From an uncultured Trueperaceae bacterium (GTDB lineage Bacteria; Deinococcota; Deinococci; Deinococcales; Trueperaceae), in the NCBI GenBank assembly GCA_963727505.1, contig CAVSGP010000009.1, positions 416,001 to 480,000 on the forward strand: a stretch of 64,000 nt of DNA, written 5' to 3'. Under the pieces are notes generated by a model. That model was not told the DNA's origin. It saw nothing but the letters and a program-made list of their open reading frames with translations, and ran no database searches. Within the stretch, counting starts at the first letter, position 1. Every line of letters begins with the position of its first letter. Below, piece after piece: positions 21,067 through 30,386 of the stretch. A program made the position numbers and the translations under genes.

Positions 21067-21287
21067 GGCGTGCTCCCTTCTCGCGGCCGCTCGCGGCACC
21101 CTGGTGGACCTTTTTGAGACCCAAGCACAAATCGAGGATACCGCCGCGCCTTCTCTGGCGAAAACGGCCACGTTACGTACTGAGGCTGGGTGGCATCGGC
21201 CCGGCAGGCTTCGCCGAACGCGCCGATCGCCTGCTGCGAGCGCTGGAGGCGGGCCGCCGGCCCATGTTCCGACGTTGAGGCCGGCCC

Positions 21288-22373
21288 TCAGACGTTGAAG
21301 AGGAAGTGCATGACGTCGCCGTCCTCGACGACGTAGTCCTTGCCCTCCGTACGGAGCCAGCCGCGACTGCGCGCCGCGGCGATCGACCCCGCCTCCACCA
21401 GCTTGTCCCAGGCGATGACCTCAGCGCGGATGAAGCCGTGCTGGAAGTCCGTATGGATCACGCCGGCGGCCTCCGGAGCACGGGCGCCGCCCCGCACCGT
21501 CCAAGCCCGGACCTCCTTCTCGCCTGCCGTCAGGAAGGTGATCAGGCCCAGCGTGCGGTAGCCGACCTCGACCAGGCGGTCGAGACCCGGCTCGCTCAGC
21601 CCCATGTCGTTGAGGAACGCGTGCGCCTCTTCGTCGCCCAGCTCGGTGAGCTCCTCCTCGATCCGCGCGGAGATCACCACCACGTCCGAGCCCTCTTCGG
21701 CGGCCAGGGCCCGCACCTCCTCGACGTAGGCGTTGCCGTCCGGCAGCGCGTCCTCCGACACGTTGCAGACGTAGATCATGGGCTTGGCCGTGAGCAGGTT
21801 GAAGTCGGGGGGAAGCTCGTGGCCCCCGGAGCGCGCCGGGACTCCCTGTTCGAGTTTCGCCAGCACCGCCTCGGCCTCGGTCAGCACGGCCGCATCTTCG
21901 GCGTTGCCCTTGGCACTGCGGCGCAGCTTCTCGATGCGCTTCTCCAGCGTGGCGATGTCGGCGAGGGCGAGCTCCGTGCGGATCGTCTCGATGTCGGAGG
22001 TCGGCGCCACCTCGCCCGCCACGTGGACCACGTTGGGGTCGTCGAAGCAACGCACCACGTGCGCGATGGCGGCGACCTCGCGGATGTTCGCCAGGAACTG
22101 GTTGCCCAGCCCTTCACCGCGGCTGGCCCCCTTCACGAGGCCGGCGATGTCGACGAACTCCACGCTCGTGGGGACGAGCGGGGGTACGCGCTCGCCCTTG
22201 ACGTAGAGCGCCTGGAGTGCGTCCAGACGTGCGTCCGGCACCGCCACCACGCCGACGTTCTTGTCGATGGTGGCGAAGGGGTAGTTGGCGGCTTCCACGC
22301 CCGCCTTGGTGATGGCGTTGAACAGCGTGCTCTTGCCGACGTTCGGCAGACCTACGATTCCGATGCCAAGCAT
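21288..22373 (-). CDS. ychF: Redox-regulated ATPase YchF
   Basis: GIVGLPNVGKSTLFNA, NYPFATID, DIAGLVKGAS.GEGLGNQFL, EGKDYVVEDGD. Confidence 0.98.
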   Translation of the reverse strand: MLGIGIVGLPNVGKSTLFNAITKAGVEAANYPFATIDKNVGVVAVPDARLDALQALYVKGERVPPLVPTSVEFVDIAGLVKGASRGEGLGNQFLANIREVAAIAHVVRCFDDPNVVHVAGEVAPTSDIETIRTELALADIATLEKRIEKLRRSAKGNAEDAAVLTEAEAVLAKLEQGVPARSGGHELPPDFNLLTAKPMIYVCNVSEDALPDGNAYVEEVRALAAEEGSDVVVISARIEEELTELGDEEAHAFLNDMGLSEPGLDRLVEVGYRTLGLITFLTAGEKEVRAWTVRGGARAPEAAGVIHTDFQHGFIRAEVIAWDKLVEAGSIAAARSRGWLRTEGKDYVVEDGDVMHFLFNV

Positions 22374-22669
22374 GACCTCTCCCGTGCGGCGGCGCGCCGA
22401 GTTGGCGGGTTTCCGGTGCGACCGGCCAAAGCCGCAGTATAGCGCGCGGCCGAAGCGGGATGCTCGGGACCGCGAGCGGTGCACGGACGGCGCGGGCGCC
22501 CCGCGCGGTGTACGGAGGGTGCGGGTGCCAGAGGCCCTCCGAAGGACGCTGAACACCGTACCAGACGTGGGTTCGGCGCGCGCGGCAGGCGTGGTAGGAT
22601 CGCCGCCATGACGCTGCAGCACGCATCCATGGCGCTCCGCCAGCCGGGTTGGGCGACCGGCCTACCGGT

Positions 22670-23980
22670 ATGAACGAGGTGCGATACCACAGCACCCGAG
22701 CGGCCGAGGCAACGCCCGGCATCGCGTTCGAGGAGGCCCTGCTGCGCGGCCTGGCACCGGACGGCGGCCTCTATCTGCCCCGACCGCTTGTGCAGCTTCC
22801 GCAGGACTGGCGCGAAGCGAGCTCGCCGGCCGACCTGGCGGCCCGCATCCTCCCTCCCTACCTGGGTGCGTCTCGGACGGACGTCGAGCCCCGGCTCCAG
22901 GCGGCGCTGGACTTCCCGATGCCGATCCAACCGCTGTCCCGGGAGCGCTACGTGCTGGAGCTGTTCCACGGCCCCACGCTGGCGTTCAAGGACGTCGGAG
23001 CGCGGTCGATGGCGCAGCTCATGGCCGATGCCGCCGCCCGTCGGGGCCAGCGCGCGACCGTGCTGGTCGCGACCTCGGGCGACACCGGCAGCGCTGTCGC
23101 CGACGCGTTCAAGGGCTTCGACGCGGTGCGCGTGGTGCTCCTCTACCCGGAGGGGAGGATCAGCGAGATGCAGGAACGGCAGCTCGCGGCCGCTCGCCCC
23201 GGTGTGCAGGCCTACCGGGTCCGGGGCTCGTTCGACGATTGCCAGCGCCTGGTCAAGGGTGCGTTCGCGGATCCCGCACTGTCCGGCCTGGGGCTGACCA
23301 GCGCCAATTCCATCAACGTCGGCCGGCTGCTGCCGCAGACGCTGTACTACCTTTGGGGGGCGTTGCAGGTCGAGCGGCTGCGCGGCCGCCGTGAAGCGCT
23401 CGACGTATGTGTCCCCAGCGGCAACCTCGGCAACGTCACGGCGGGCGTTCTTGCCGCCGGTATGGGCTGGGGCGTGGGGCGCTTCCTGGTGGCGCACAAC
23501 ATCAACGATTTCTTCCCCGACTTCCTGCGCTCCCGCGCCGAGGCGTACGCCTTCCGTCCGACGCGGGCGACGCTCTCCAACGCCATGGACGTGGGGGCGC
23601 CGTCGAACTTCGAGCGCTTGTTGACGCTGGCGGGCGACGATCTGCCGCGGATGATGTGGGGCACGAGCGTGGATGACGCCACGACGCTCGCGCGCATGCG
23701 ACAGAGCGACCGGGAGGACGGCTACCTGCCCTGCCCGCACACGGCCGTGGGTCTGGAGGCCGTGGAACGCTATCGCCGGGAGGCCGGCGACGTGCGGCCG
23801 GTGATGATCCTCGCCACCGCGCACCCGGCCAAGTTCCCGGATGCGGTGCGCCGCGCGACCGGCCGCGAAGCGCCGCGAAGCGAGGTACTCGAAGGCCTCG
23901 CGTCGGCGCCGCGCAATGCCCTCCCCCTGGCACCCGAGCCGGACGCCCTGCGTGAGGCGCTCCTGGCCCTGGACGCTTGA
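22670..23980 (+). CDS. thrC: Threonine synthase
   Basis: GLAPDGGLY, ELFHGPTLAFKD, ATSGDTGSA, SANSINVGR, VPSGNLGN, ATAHPAKF. Confidence 0.96.
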   Translation: MNEVRYHSTRAAEATPGIAFEEALLRGLAPDGGLYLPRPLVQLPQDWREASSPADLAARILPPYLGASRTDVEPRLQAALDFPMPIQPLSRERYVLELFHGPTLAFKDVGARSMAQLMADAAARRGQRATVLVATSGDTGSAVADAFKGFDAVRVVLLYPEGRISEMQERQLAAARPGVQAYRVRGSFDDCQRLVKGAFADPALSGLGLTSANSINVGRLLPQTLYYLWGALQVERLRGRREALDVCVPSGNLGNVTAGVLAAGMGWGVGRFLVAHNINDFFPDFLRSRAEAYAFRPTRATLSNAMDVGAPSNFERLLTLAGDDLPRMMWGTSVDDATTLARMRQSDREDGYLPCPHTAVGLEAVERYRREAGDVRPVMILATAHPAKFPDAVRRATGREAPRSEVLEGLASAPRNALPLAPEPDALREALLALDA

Positions 23981-24018
23981 GGGTCTGGCCCGCGACGGGT
24001 GGTTGCGGGGTCAGCGCC

Positions 24019-24858
24019 TCAGCGCCTCAGGGCGTAGGGGCCGGACGCGTCCTCGCCGAGGTGCACGACCTTCATCTCGTGCATGAGCTTGGCCAGGTGC
24101 GCCAGTAGGCTGCGTTCGACCAGGGTGAAGGCGCTGTCGGGGAGCGACGGATAGATGCGCTGGCGAAGCTCGCCCAGGGTTTCGGCGCCGCCCGCGAGTG
24201 CGGTCACGACCTGGCGCTCGCGTTCGAGGCGGTGCGCGGCGCTGTCGGCGAGCTTCCGGTCCGCGTCGTGGACGAGCGGTCCGTGGCCGGGTCCGAGCAG
24301 ACGCGGCCGGAGCCCGCGAAGGCGCGCCAGCGACTCGAGGTAGGCGCTCACGTCGCCCTCCGGAAGTCCCACCCAGGTCGAGCCCTCGCCCGCTACCAGG
24401 TCGCCCAGGAGCAGCACGCCCTCCTCCGGCAGGAGGTAGCTCAGGTGGCCTGGGCTGTGGCCCGGGGTGTGCAGCGCGCGGACCACGACGTCGCCTACCG
24501 TGATGCGGCGGTCGTCGCCGAGGGGGACGATCCCTGCCGTCCCCTCCAGGCGGTCTGCCTCGAGCGGATGGACGTACACGGCGAGCGGGCCCTCGGCCTC
24601 GAGCAGGGCTCGCAGGCCGCCGACGTGGTCGGGGTGCGTGTGGGTGAGGAAGACCGCCTTGAGCAGGCGCACCCCGGCCGCGGCGAGCGCCGCGCGCGTG
24701 TCCCGCAGCGCGCCGGCGTCGGGTGAGCCGGGGTCGACCAGCGCACCTACGCTGCCCGAGACGATGAGGTAGCTGTTGACATGGTCGAACGGCGGCAGCG
24801 TGTCGCTCGGCAGCGGCAGGCGCCAGACATGCTCGGAGATGTGCTCAGCTTCGCTCAT
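24019..24858 (-). CDS. MBL-fold metallo-hydrolase (LACTB2-like with C-terminal wHTH)
   Basis: THTHPDHVGG, TPGHSPGH, GDL, PGHG motifs. Confidence 0.9.
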   Translation of the reverse strand: MSEAEHISEHVWRLPLPSDTLPPFDHVNSYLIVSGSVGALVDPGSPDAGALRDTRAALAAAGVRLLKAVFLTHTHPDHVGGLRALLEAEGPLAVYVHPLEADRLEGTAGIVPLGDDRRITVGDVVVRALHTPGHSPGHLSYLLPEEGVLLLGDLVAGEGSTWVGLPEGDVSAYLESLARLRGLRPRLLGPGHGPLVHDADRKLADSAAHRLERERQVVTALAGGAETLGELRQRIYPSLPDSAFTLVERSLLAHLAKLMHEMKVVHLGEDASGPYALRR

Positions 24859-24859
24859 G

Positions 24860-25828
24860 TCAGGGACTTCCGGCCGCAGGGTCCCGGCGCAGCCAGGCGG
24901 CGGCGGCCTCGAGGGCGTTCGCGGGAGCGGTCGGCTGGTCGGGGACGACCCCGCGGCCCTCCCAGGTAGGGCCGCCGATCGGTGCGAGCACGCCCGTGGC
25001 GATCCAGGCCTGCGACCCGTCGGCGAGGCAGAAGGGCAGCACGGCCTCCACGTTGCCGGCGCTGGTAGCGCCGAACACGGTGGCGCGGGCGCGTAGTTGG
25101 AGCGCTCCGGCCAGCCCCTCGGCGGCGCTGTTGACATCGCCGTCGATCAGCACGGCCAGGGGGAGCTGCGTCGCGACGGGACCGATGGCAGGGTAGGGAA
25201 GGGGCAGGGCCCAGCGCGTGACCACGCGCCATAGGAAGCCACGGGTGAAGAGACCGGCGATCTGCATCATGCTGACGAGACGCCCTCCCGGGTTGCCGCG
25301 CAGGTCGAGGACCAGCCCTCGGGCGCCCGCTGCTTGCAGCACCGTGACCGCGCTGCGAACATCGCCCACCACGCCGTCCGAGGCCAGGTCGGGAAGGCGC
25401 ACATAGCCGATGGAGCCGTCCAGCATCCGGTAGGTGACATGACCGTGCGTTTGGGCGGACTGGGCCATGCCGAACACGCCGAGGCAGGGAAGGTCGCCGT
25501 AGAGGCGATGGATCTCTGCCACGCGAGCGGGAGGCACGAAGACCGAGTGGCCGTCCTGGATGCGGCCGTACATGGCGACGAGCACCGCGTAGAAGGCGCT
25601 GTCGTCCTTGGCGGCGAGCGCTTGCGGCTCGTACTCCCGGCGCATCTGCTGCCAGTCGACCTTCAGCCCCCCGACGTCCCAGTAGCGCTGTTGGACGAGC
25701 GTCCAGGCGACGTCGAAGCGCTGCGCGTAGTCGTGCGGAGAGGCCGCCAGCGCCGCCGCGCCGAACGCCAGCCAGCTCAGGCAGGCGCCCAGGAGAACGG
25801 CCGCGAGGCCGCGCTCAGCTGCCCGCAC
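24860..25828 (-). CDS. Secreted S41-family peptidase lacking a PDZ domain
   Basis: Signal peptide, DGHS, IGYVRL, LVLDLRGNPGG, NSAAE, EGRGVVPD. Confidence 0.82.
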   Translation of the reverse strand: MRAAERGLAAVLLGACLSWLAFGAAALAASPHDYAQRFDVAWTLVQQRYWDVGGLKVDWQQMRREYEPQALAAKDDSAFYAVLVAMYGRIQDGHSVFVPPARVAEIHRLYGDLPCLGVFGMAQSAQTHGHVTYRMLDGSIGYVRLPDLASDGVVGDVRSAVTVLQAAGARGLVLDLRGNPGGRLVSMMQIAGLFTRGFLWRVVTRWALPLPYPAIGPVATQLPLAVLIDGDVNSAAEGLAGALQLRARATVFGATSAGNVEAVLPFCLADGSQAWIATGVLAPIGGPTWEGRGVVPDQPTAPANALEAAAAWLRRDPAAGSP

Positions 25829-26759
25829 CAGCGAAGGCCGTTGCGTGGCGCTCCAGCGTGTCGGCATCGATGATGACGCTCTGTGCGCCAACCTGGGTGG
25901 TGTTGAGTGCGCCGGCGACGTTCCCCATCCGGGCGGCCTCGAGCAGGTCGTAGCCCTTCATGATGGCGTGTGCGAAGGCGGCGGTGTAGTAGTCGCCTGC
26001 GCCGGTCGAGTCGATGACGCCGTCGATGTCGTACGCCTCGACCAGTTCCGTGAGCTCGGGCGTGATCACGATGCTGCCCATCGCACCGACCTTGACGATG
26101 AGCCGTTCGATGCCGTGACGGTTCAGCCCGGAGACGGCGTCGGAGATCGAGGACTCGCCCGTGAGTGTGTAGAGCTCGTGCTCGTTCATCAGGAGGTAGT
26201 CGACGTCACGGACCACCGTGATCAGACGGTCACGCAAGGCGTTCACGGCGCCGCTGCCGAGGTCGACGAAGGTGGTGACCTTGGCGTCGCGCGCGAACCC
26301 GAGTGCCTGTACGGCGTACTCGCGCTGCCGCCCGCCCACCAGGCTGTATGCGCTCATGACGAGGGCGTCCACCGAGCCGATGTCGTCCTTGCGGATCTCG
26401 GCGGAGTCCAGGTGACGGCTGGCGCCGGCAGCGCTGATCATGGTGCGCTGCGCGTCCGGCGTGATGATGAGGGTCACGCTGCTGGTCTGGAGGTGCTCGT
26501 CGACCTGGACCAGTGCGTCGTCCACGCCCGCCTCACGGACGTGCTTGAGGGCGAGTTCGGAGAAGGGCCCAGTGCCGACGCGCGTGGCGATACGCACCTC
26601 GTTGCCGAGGCGGCCCAGGACGGTGGCGATGGTGCCGCCCGCCCCTCCGGGCTCCATGACGGCACGCAGGGCGTTCACCTCACCTCCCGGTTCAGGGAAG
26701 TCCTTCACGAAGTACATCTGGTCGACGGTCGCATCGCCGACCACCACAAATCGTCCCAT
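25815..26759 (-). CDS. PfkB-family carbohydrate kinase
   Basis: VVGDATVD, PGGAG, NEHE, DSTGAGD signature. Confidence 0.92.
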   Translation of the reverse strand: MGRFVVVGDATVDQMYFVKDFPEPGGEVNALRAVMEPGGAGGTIATVLGRLGNEVRIATRVGTGPFSELALKHVREAGVDDALVQVDEHLQTSSVTLIITPDAQRTMISAAGASRHLDSAEIRKDDIGSVDALVMSAYSLVGGRQREYAVQALGFARDAKVTTFVDLGSGAVNALRDRLITVVRDVDYLLMNEHELYTLTGESSISDAVSGLNRHGIERLIVKVGAMGSIVITPELTELVEAYDIDGVIDSTGAGDYYTAAFAHAIMKGYDLLEAARMGNVAGALNTTQVGAQSVIIDADTLERHATAFAGAGS

Positions 26760-26823
26760 GACTCTCCAGATCCATCGCTGGGATGGAGTCGCTTGTTCGC
26801 TTAGCGCAGTATACCGAATCGAC

Positions 26824-27690
26824 TCAAGGCGGGTCCTTCCTGTCTTGCACGACGCGCTTGAGTTCGCGAAAGGCGTCCAGGCCGAGCGCTTCGGCGCGGA
26901 CGCGGTCATCCATACCGAGCCGAAGGAGCGCCCCTTCCACCTTCTGGCGGGCGTGACCCGCCATCGTGAGGTTCTTCACCAGCGTCTTGCGTCGGTGCGC
27001 GAAGCAGGTGCGGATGAACGCGAACAGCTCGGGGTCGGTGCGCGTGCCGGCCCGAACGTCGATGCGTACGACGCTGGAGGTGACCTTGGGGGGCGGCAGG
27101 AACGCCCCTGGCGGGATCCGCCGCACCTGTCTGGCGGTCCCGAAGTGGCGCACCAGCAAGCTCAACGAGCCGTAGGCGGGCGTGCCGGGTCCGGCCGTCA
27201 GGCGCTCGGCGACCTCGCGCTGCACCAGGAACACCAGCCGCTGGAAACGAGCGGACTCCAGGGCGCGCGTCAGCACCGCGGTGGCCGCGTTGTAGGGCAG
27301 ATTGGCGACCAGCAGCGCACCTTCGGGGAGCGTGGCGAAGTCGAAGCGGGCGGCGTCCCCCTCGACCAGCTCCACGTTGGTGAGCCCGTGCAGCGTCTCG
27401 GCCAGCACGGGCTTCAGCCGACGATCGAGCTCCACACTGACGACCCGCCCGGCGCGCTGCGCCAGCGCCCGCGTGAGGACGCCCAGCCCCGGGCCCGCTT
27501 CGAACACGGTATCGGTAGGACCGACCTCGGCGGCATCGACGATGGCTCTCAGGGCAGAGGCGTCGACGAGGTAGTTCTGGCCGAATCCCTTGTCGGGGGT
27601 CAGGCCGTGGCGCCGAAGGAGTTCTTGGACGCGCGAGGGAGCCGTGAGGGGTAGCTCGGGACCGGCGGCAGGGTCGCCGCTGCCGCTCAC
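26824..27690 (-). CDS. rsmA: 16S rRNA m6,2A dimethyltransferase RsmA/KsgA
   Basis: GQNYLVD, EAGPGLGVLT, VANLPYN, QREVAERL, PPPKVTS. Confidence 0.96.
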   Translation of the reverse strand: MSGSGDPAAGPELPLTAPSRVQELLRRHGLTPDKGFGQNYLVDASALRAIVDAAEVGPTDTVFEAGPGLGVLTRALAQRAGRVVSVELDRRLKPVLAETLHGLTNVELVEGDAARFDFATLPEGALLVANLPYNAATAVLTRALESARFQRLVFLVQREVAERLTAGPGTPAYGSLSLLVRHFGTARQVRRIPPGAFLPPPKVTSSVVRIDVRAGTRTDPELFAFIRTCFAHRRKTLVKNLTMAGHARQKVEGALLRLGMDDRVRAEALGLDAFRELKRVVQDRKDPP

Positions 27691-27720
27691 GGGACCTTCT
27701 CGGTCACGGCCTGGGCAGGC

Positions 27721-28212
27721 TCATGCGATGCGTTCGGCGATGAACGCCTCGAGCTGGCTCGAAGCCTCGGCGAGCGAGAGTTTCTGTACGACGGCGAGCT
27801 CGCTCGAAAGCATGTTCTTAGCGCTCTCCAGGACCTCGCGCTCGGTGGCCGCTAGGCCTTTCTCGATGTCACGCTTCGAAAGGACGCCGATCAGCCGCGA
27901 CAGGTCGTAGGCGCTGCCGCCGGCGAGGATGTCCTGCTCGGCGCGGTAGCGGGGCGGCCACTGGGTCGGCAGGGAGAGGTCGGCCTTGGCGAGCGCCTCG
28001 TACACCTGGTCGATCTCATCACGGCCGACGGTGTGCCGGAGGCCGACGTCCTGCCCCTTGCGAAGAGGCACCAGGACCTCCATGTCGCCCCGAACGAAGA
28101 CGATCTTAAGGTACTTCTGGGTTTCCCCGAGGATTTCCCGCGTCGTCATCTCCTCGACGACGCCCGCCCCCTGCGAGGGGTAGACCACGTTGTCACCGAC
28201 CTGGAATGTCAC
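27721..28212 (-). CDS. carD: CarD-family transcription factor
   Basis: FQVGDNVVYPSQGAGVV, VGLR, QWPPRYR. Confidence 0.92.
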   Translation of the reverse strand: MTFQVGDNVVYPSQGAGVVEEMTTREILGETQKYLKIVFVRGDMEVLVPLRKGQDVGLRHTVGRDEIDQVYEALAKADLSLPTQWPPRYRAEQDILAGGSAYDLSRLIGVLSKRDIEKGLAATEREVLESAKNMLSSELAVVQKLSLAEASSQLEAFIAERIA

Positions 28213-28280
28213 AGTGGGGCAACGTTACCATAGCCGCTTCGAAGCCGGAGTACGGGGCTGTACGACCGTTCGCGCAGACT

Positions 28281-30308
28281 TCAGGCGCGCGCCGGGCCTG
28301 CTCTTCCGGGCAGCGTGGCGACGCGCACGCGCTTCCCTTCGAGGCGGGCCTCGATCTCGTGGATGCGGTCACGGATCCGCGCGGCCCGTTCGAAGTCGAG
28401 GTCCTCCGACGCCTTCCACATCTCGGTCTCGAGCTGCGCCAGCTCCTGCTTGAGGTCGTCGAAGAGCAGCTCGCGCTCCCAGGGATCGAGGTCCGGCGCC
28501 TTGCCCTCTTCGTCCACCTCCTCGCCGCGGATCACCTCGTGGATGCGCTTGCGGATCGTCTCCGGCGTGATGCCGTGGAGCTCGTTGAACGCGAGCTGCT
28601 TGTCGCGGCGGCGGTTGGTCTCGTCGATCGCACCCCGCATCGCGTCGCTGACCTCGTCGGCGTAGAGGAAGACCTCGCCGTTGACGTTGCGGGCCGCCCG
28701 GCCGATGGTCTGGATGAGCGAGCGCTCGCTCCGCAGGAAGCCGGCCTTGTCGGCGTCGAGGATGGTGACGAGGCTCACCTCGGGCAGATCGAGCCCCTCG
28801 CGGAGCAGGTTGATGCCGACCAGCACGTCGAAGTGTCCCAGCCGAAGGTCGCGGATGATCACCTGGCGTTCGACCGCGTCGATGTCGGAGTGCATGTAAC
28901 GCACGCGCACCCCCTGCTCGGCCAGGTACTCCGTGAGGTCCTCGGACATCTTCTTCGTGAGGGTGGTGACGAGCACGCGTTCGGACTGTTTGGCTCGCTC
29001 GCGTACGGCGAACACCAGGTCGTCGATCTGGCCGCGGCTGGGTTTGACGGTGATCTTGGGGTCGACCAGGCCGGTCGGGCGGATGACCTGTTCGACCGTC
29101 TTGTCACTGAGGCGCGCCTCCTGGTCGGCGGGGGTGGCGGAGACGAACACCACCTGCCCGACCCGCGAGAAGAACTCCTCCTCCTTGAGAGGCCGGTTGT
29201 CCAGCGCGGCGGGAAGCCGGAAGCCGTAATCCACCAGCGTCTGCTTGCGTGCGCGGTCGCCGTTGTACATGCCGCGGATCTGCGGCACCATCACGTGGGA
29301 CTCGTCCAGGAAGGTGATGAAATCGTCGGGGAAATAGTCGAGCAGCGTGTTGGGCGGCTCGCCGGGCTTGCGCCCTTCGAGGTAGCGCGAGTAGTTCTCG
29401 ATCCCGCTGCAGTACCCGAGCGTGCGAAGCATCTCCAGGTCGTAGAGGGTGCGCTCGCGCAGCCGCTGTGCCTCGACCAGCTTGCCCGCCTTCTCGAACA
29501 GGGCCAACCGCACGTGCAGGTCGGCTTCGATCTGCTCCACGGCCGGCTGGAGCTTCTCGAACGGGGTCACGTAGTGCTTGGCGGGGAACACCATGGTCTT
29601 GTCGAGCTCGCCCGTCTCGTCCCCCGTGACCGGGTCGAGCATGGTGAGGCGGTCGATGTCGTCGCCCCACAGCTCGACGCGAAGGGGTTGCTCCTCGTAC
29701 GCCGCCCATACCTCGATGACGTCGCCCCGGGCGCGGAAGCGGCCGGGAGCGAGCTCGATGTCGTTGCGCTCGTACTGCTGCGTGACCAGCGTCTCCAGGA
29801 TGGCGTCGCGGCCGACGCCCCGACCGACCTCCAGGATGAGGTGGAGCCGCTGGTACTCGTCGGGCGAACCCAGGCCGTAGATCGCCGATACCGAGGCCAC
29901 CACGATGACGTCATTGCGGGTCAGCAGGCTGCGGGTGGTGGAGTGGCGCAACCTCTCCAGCTCCATGTTGATGTTGGCGTCCTTCTCGATGAAGAGGTCG
30001 CGCGCCGGGACGTACGCCTCGGGCTGGTAATAGTCGTAGTAGCTGATGAAGAACTCGACCGCCGCGGTGGGGAAATAATCCCGGAACTCGGCGGCGAGCT
30101 GGGCGGTGAGGATCTTGTTGGGCGCGAGGATCAGCGCCGGGCGTTGCACGCGCTCGATGATCTTGGCCATCGAGAAGGTCTTGCCGGTACCTGTCGCCCC
30201 CAGCAGCGTCTGGAAGCGGAGCCCGTCGCCAAGCCCTTCGGTGATGCCTTCGATGGCCTGCGGCTGGTCGCCCCGCGGCTCGTAGGGGGAGTGCACGTCG
30301 AGCGGCAT
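28281..30308 (-). CDS. uvrB: Excinuclease ABC subunit B
   Basis: [44 protein letters not shown]-terminal UVR domain. Confidence 0.99.
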   Translation of the reverse strand: MPLDVHSPYEPRGDQPQAIEGITEGLGDGLRFQTLLGATGTGKTFSMAKIIERVQRPALILAPNKILTAQLAAEFRDYFPTAAVEFFISYYDYYQPEAYVPARDLFIEKDANINMELERLRHSTTRSLLTRNDVIVVASVSAIYGLGSPDEYQRLHLILEVGRGVGRDAILETLVTQQYERNDIELAPGRFRARGDVIEVWAAYEEQPLRVELWGDDIDRLTMLDPVTGDETGELDKTMVFPAKHYVTPFEKLQPAVEQIEADLHVRLALFEKAGKLVEAQRLRERTLYDLEMLRTLGYCSGIENYSRYLEGRKPGEPPNTLLDYFPDDFITFLDESHVMVPQIRGMYNGDRARKQTLVDYGFRLPAALDNRPLKEEEFFSRVGQVVFVSATPADQEARLSDKTVEQVIRPTGLVDPKITVKPSRGQIDDLVFAVRERAKQSERVLVTTLTKKMSEDLTEYLAEQGVRVRYMHSDIDAVERQVIIRDLRLGHFDVLVGINLLREGLDLPEVSLVTILDADKAGFLRSERSLIQTIGRAARNVNGEVFLYADEVSDAMRGAIDETNRRRDKQLAFNELHGITPETIRKRIHEVIRGEEVDEEGKAPDLDPWERELLFDDLKQELAQLETEMWKASEDLDFERAARIRDRIHEIEARLEGKRVRVATLPGRAGPARA

Positions 30309-30386
30309 GTCCTCATAGTCTAAGGTACGTTCCCGACCGCCGAGCGCGTGGAGCCGACGTGAACCCGCCCCGGCCGCGGGCGTCGC

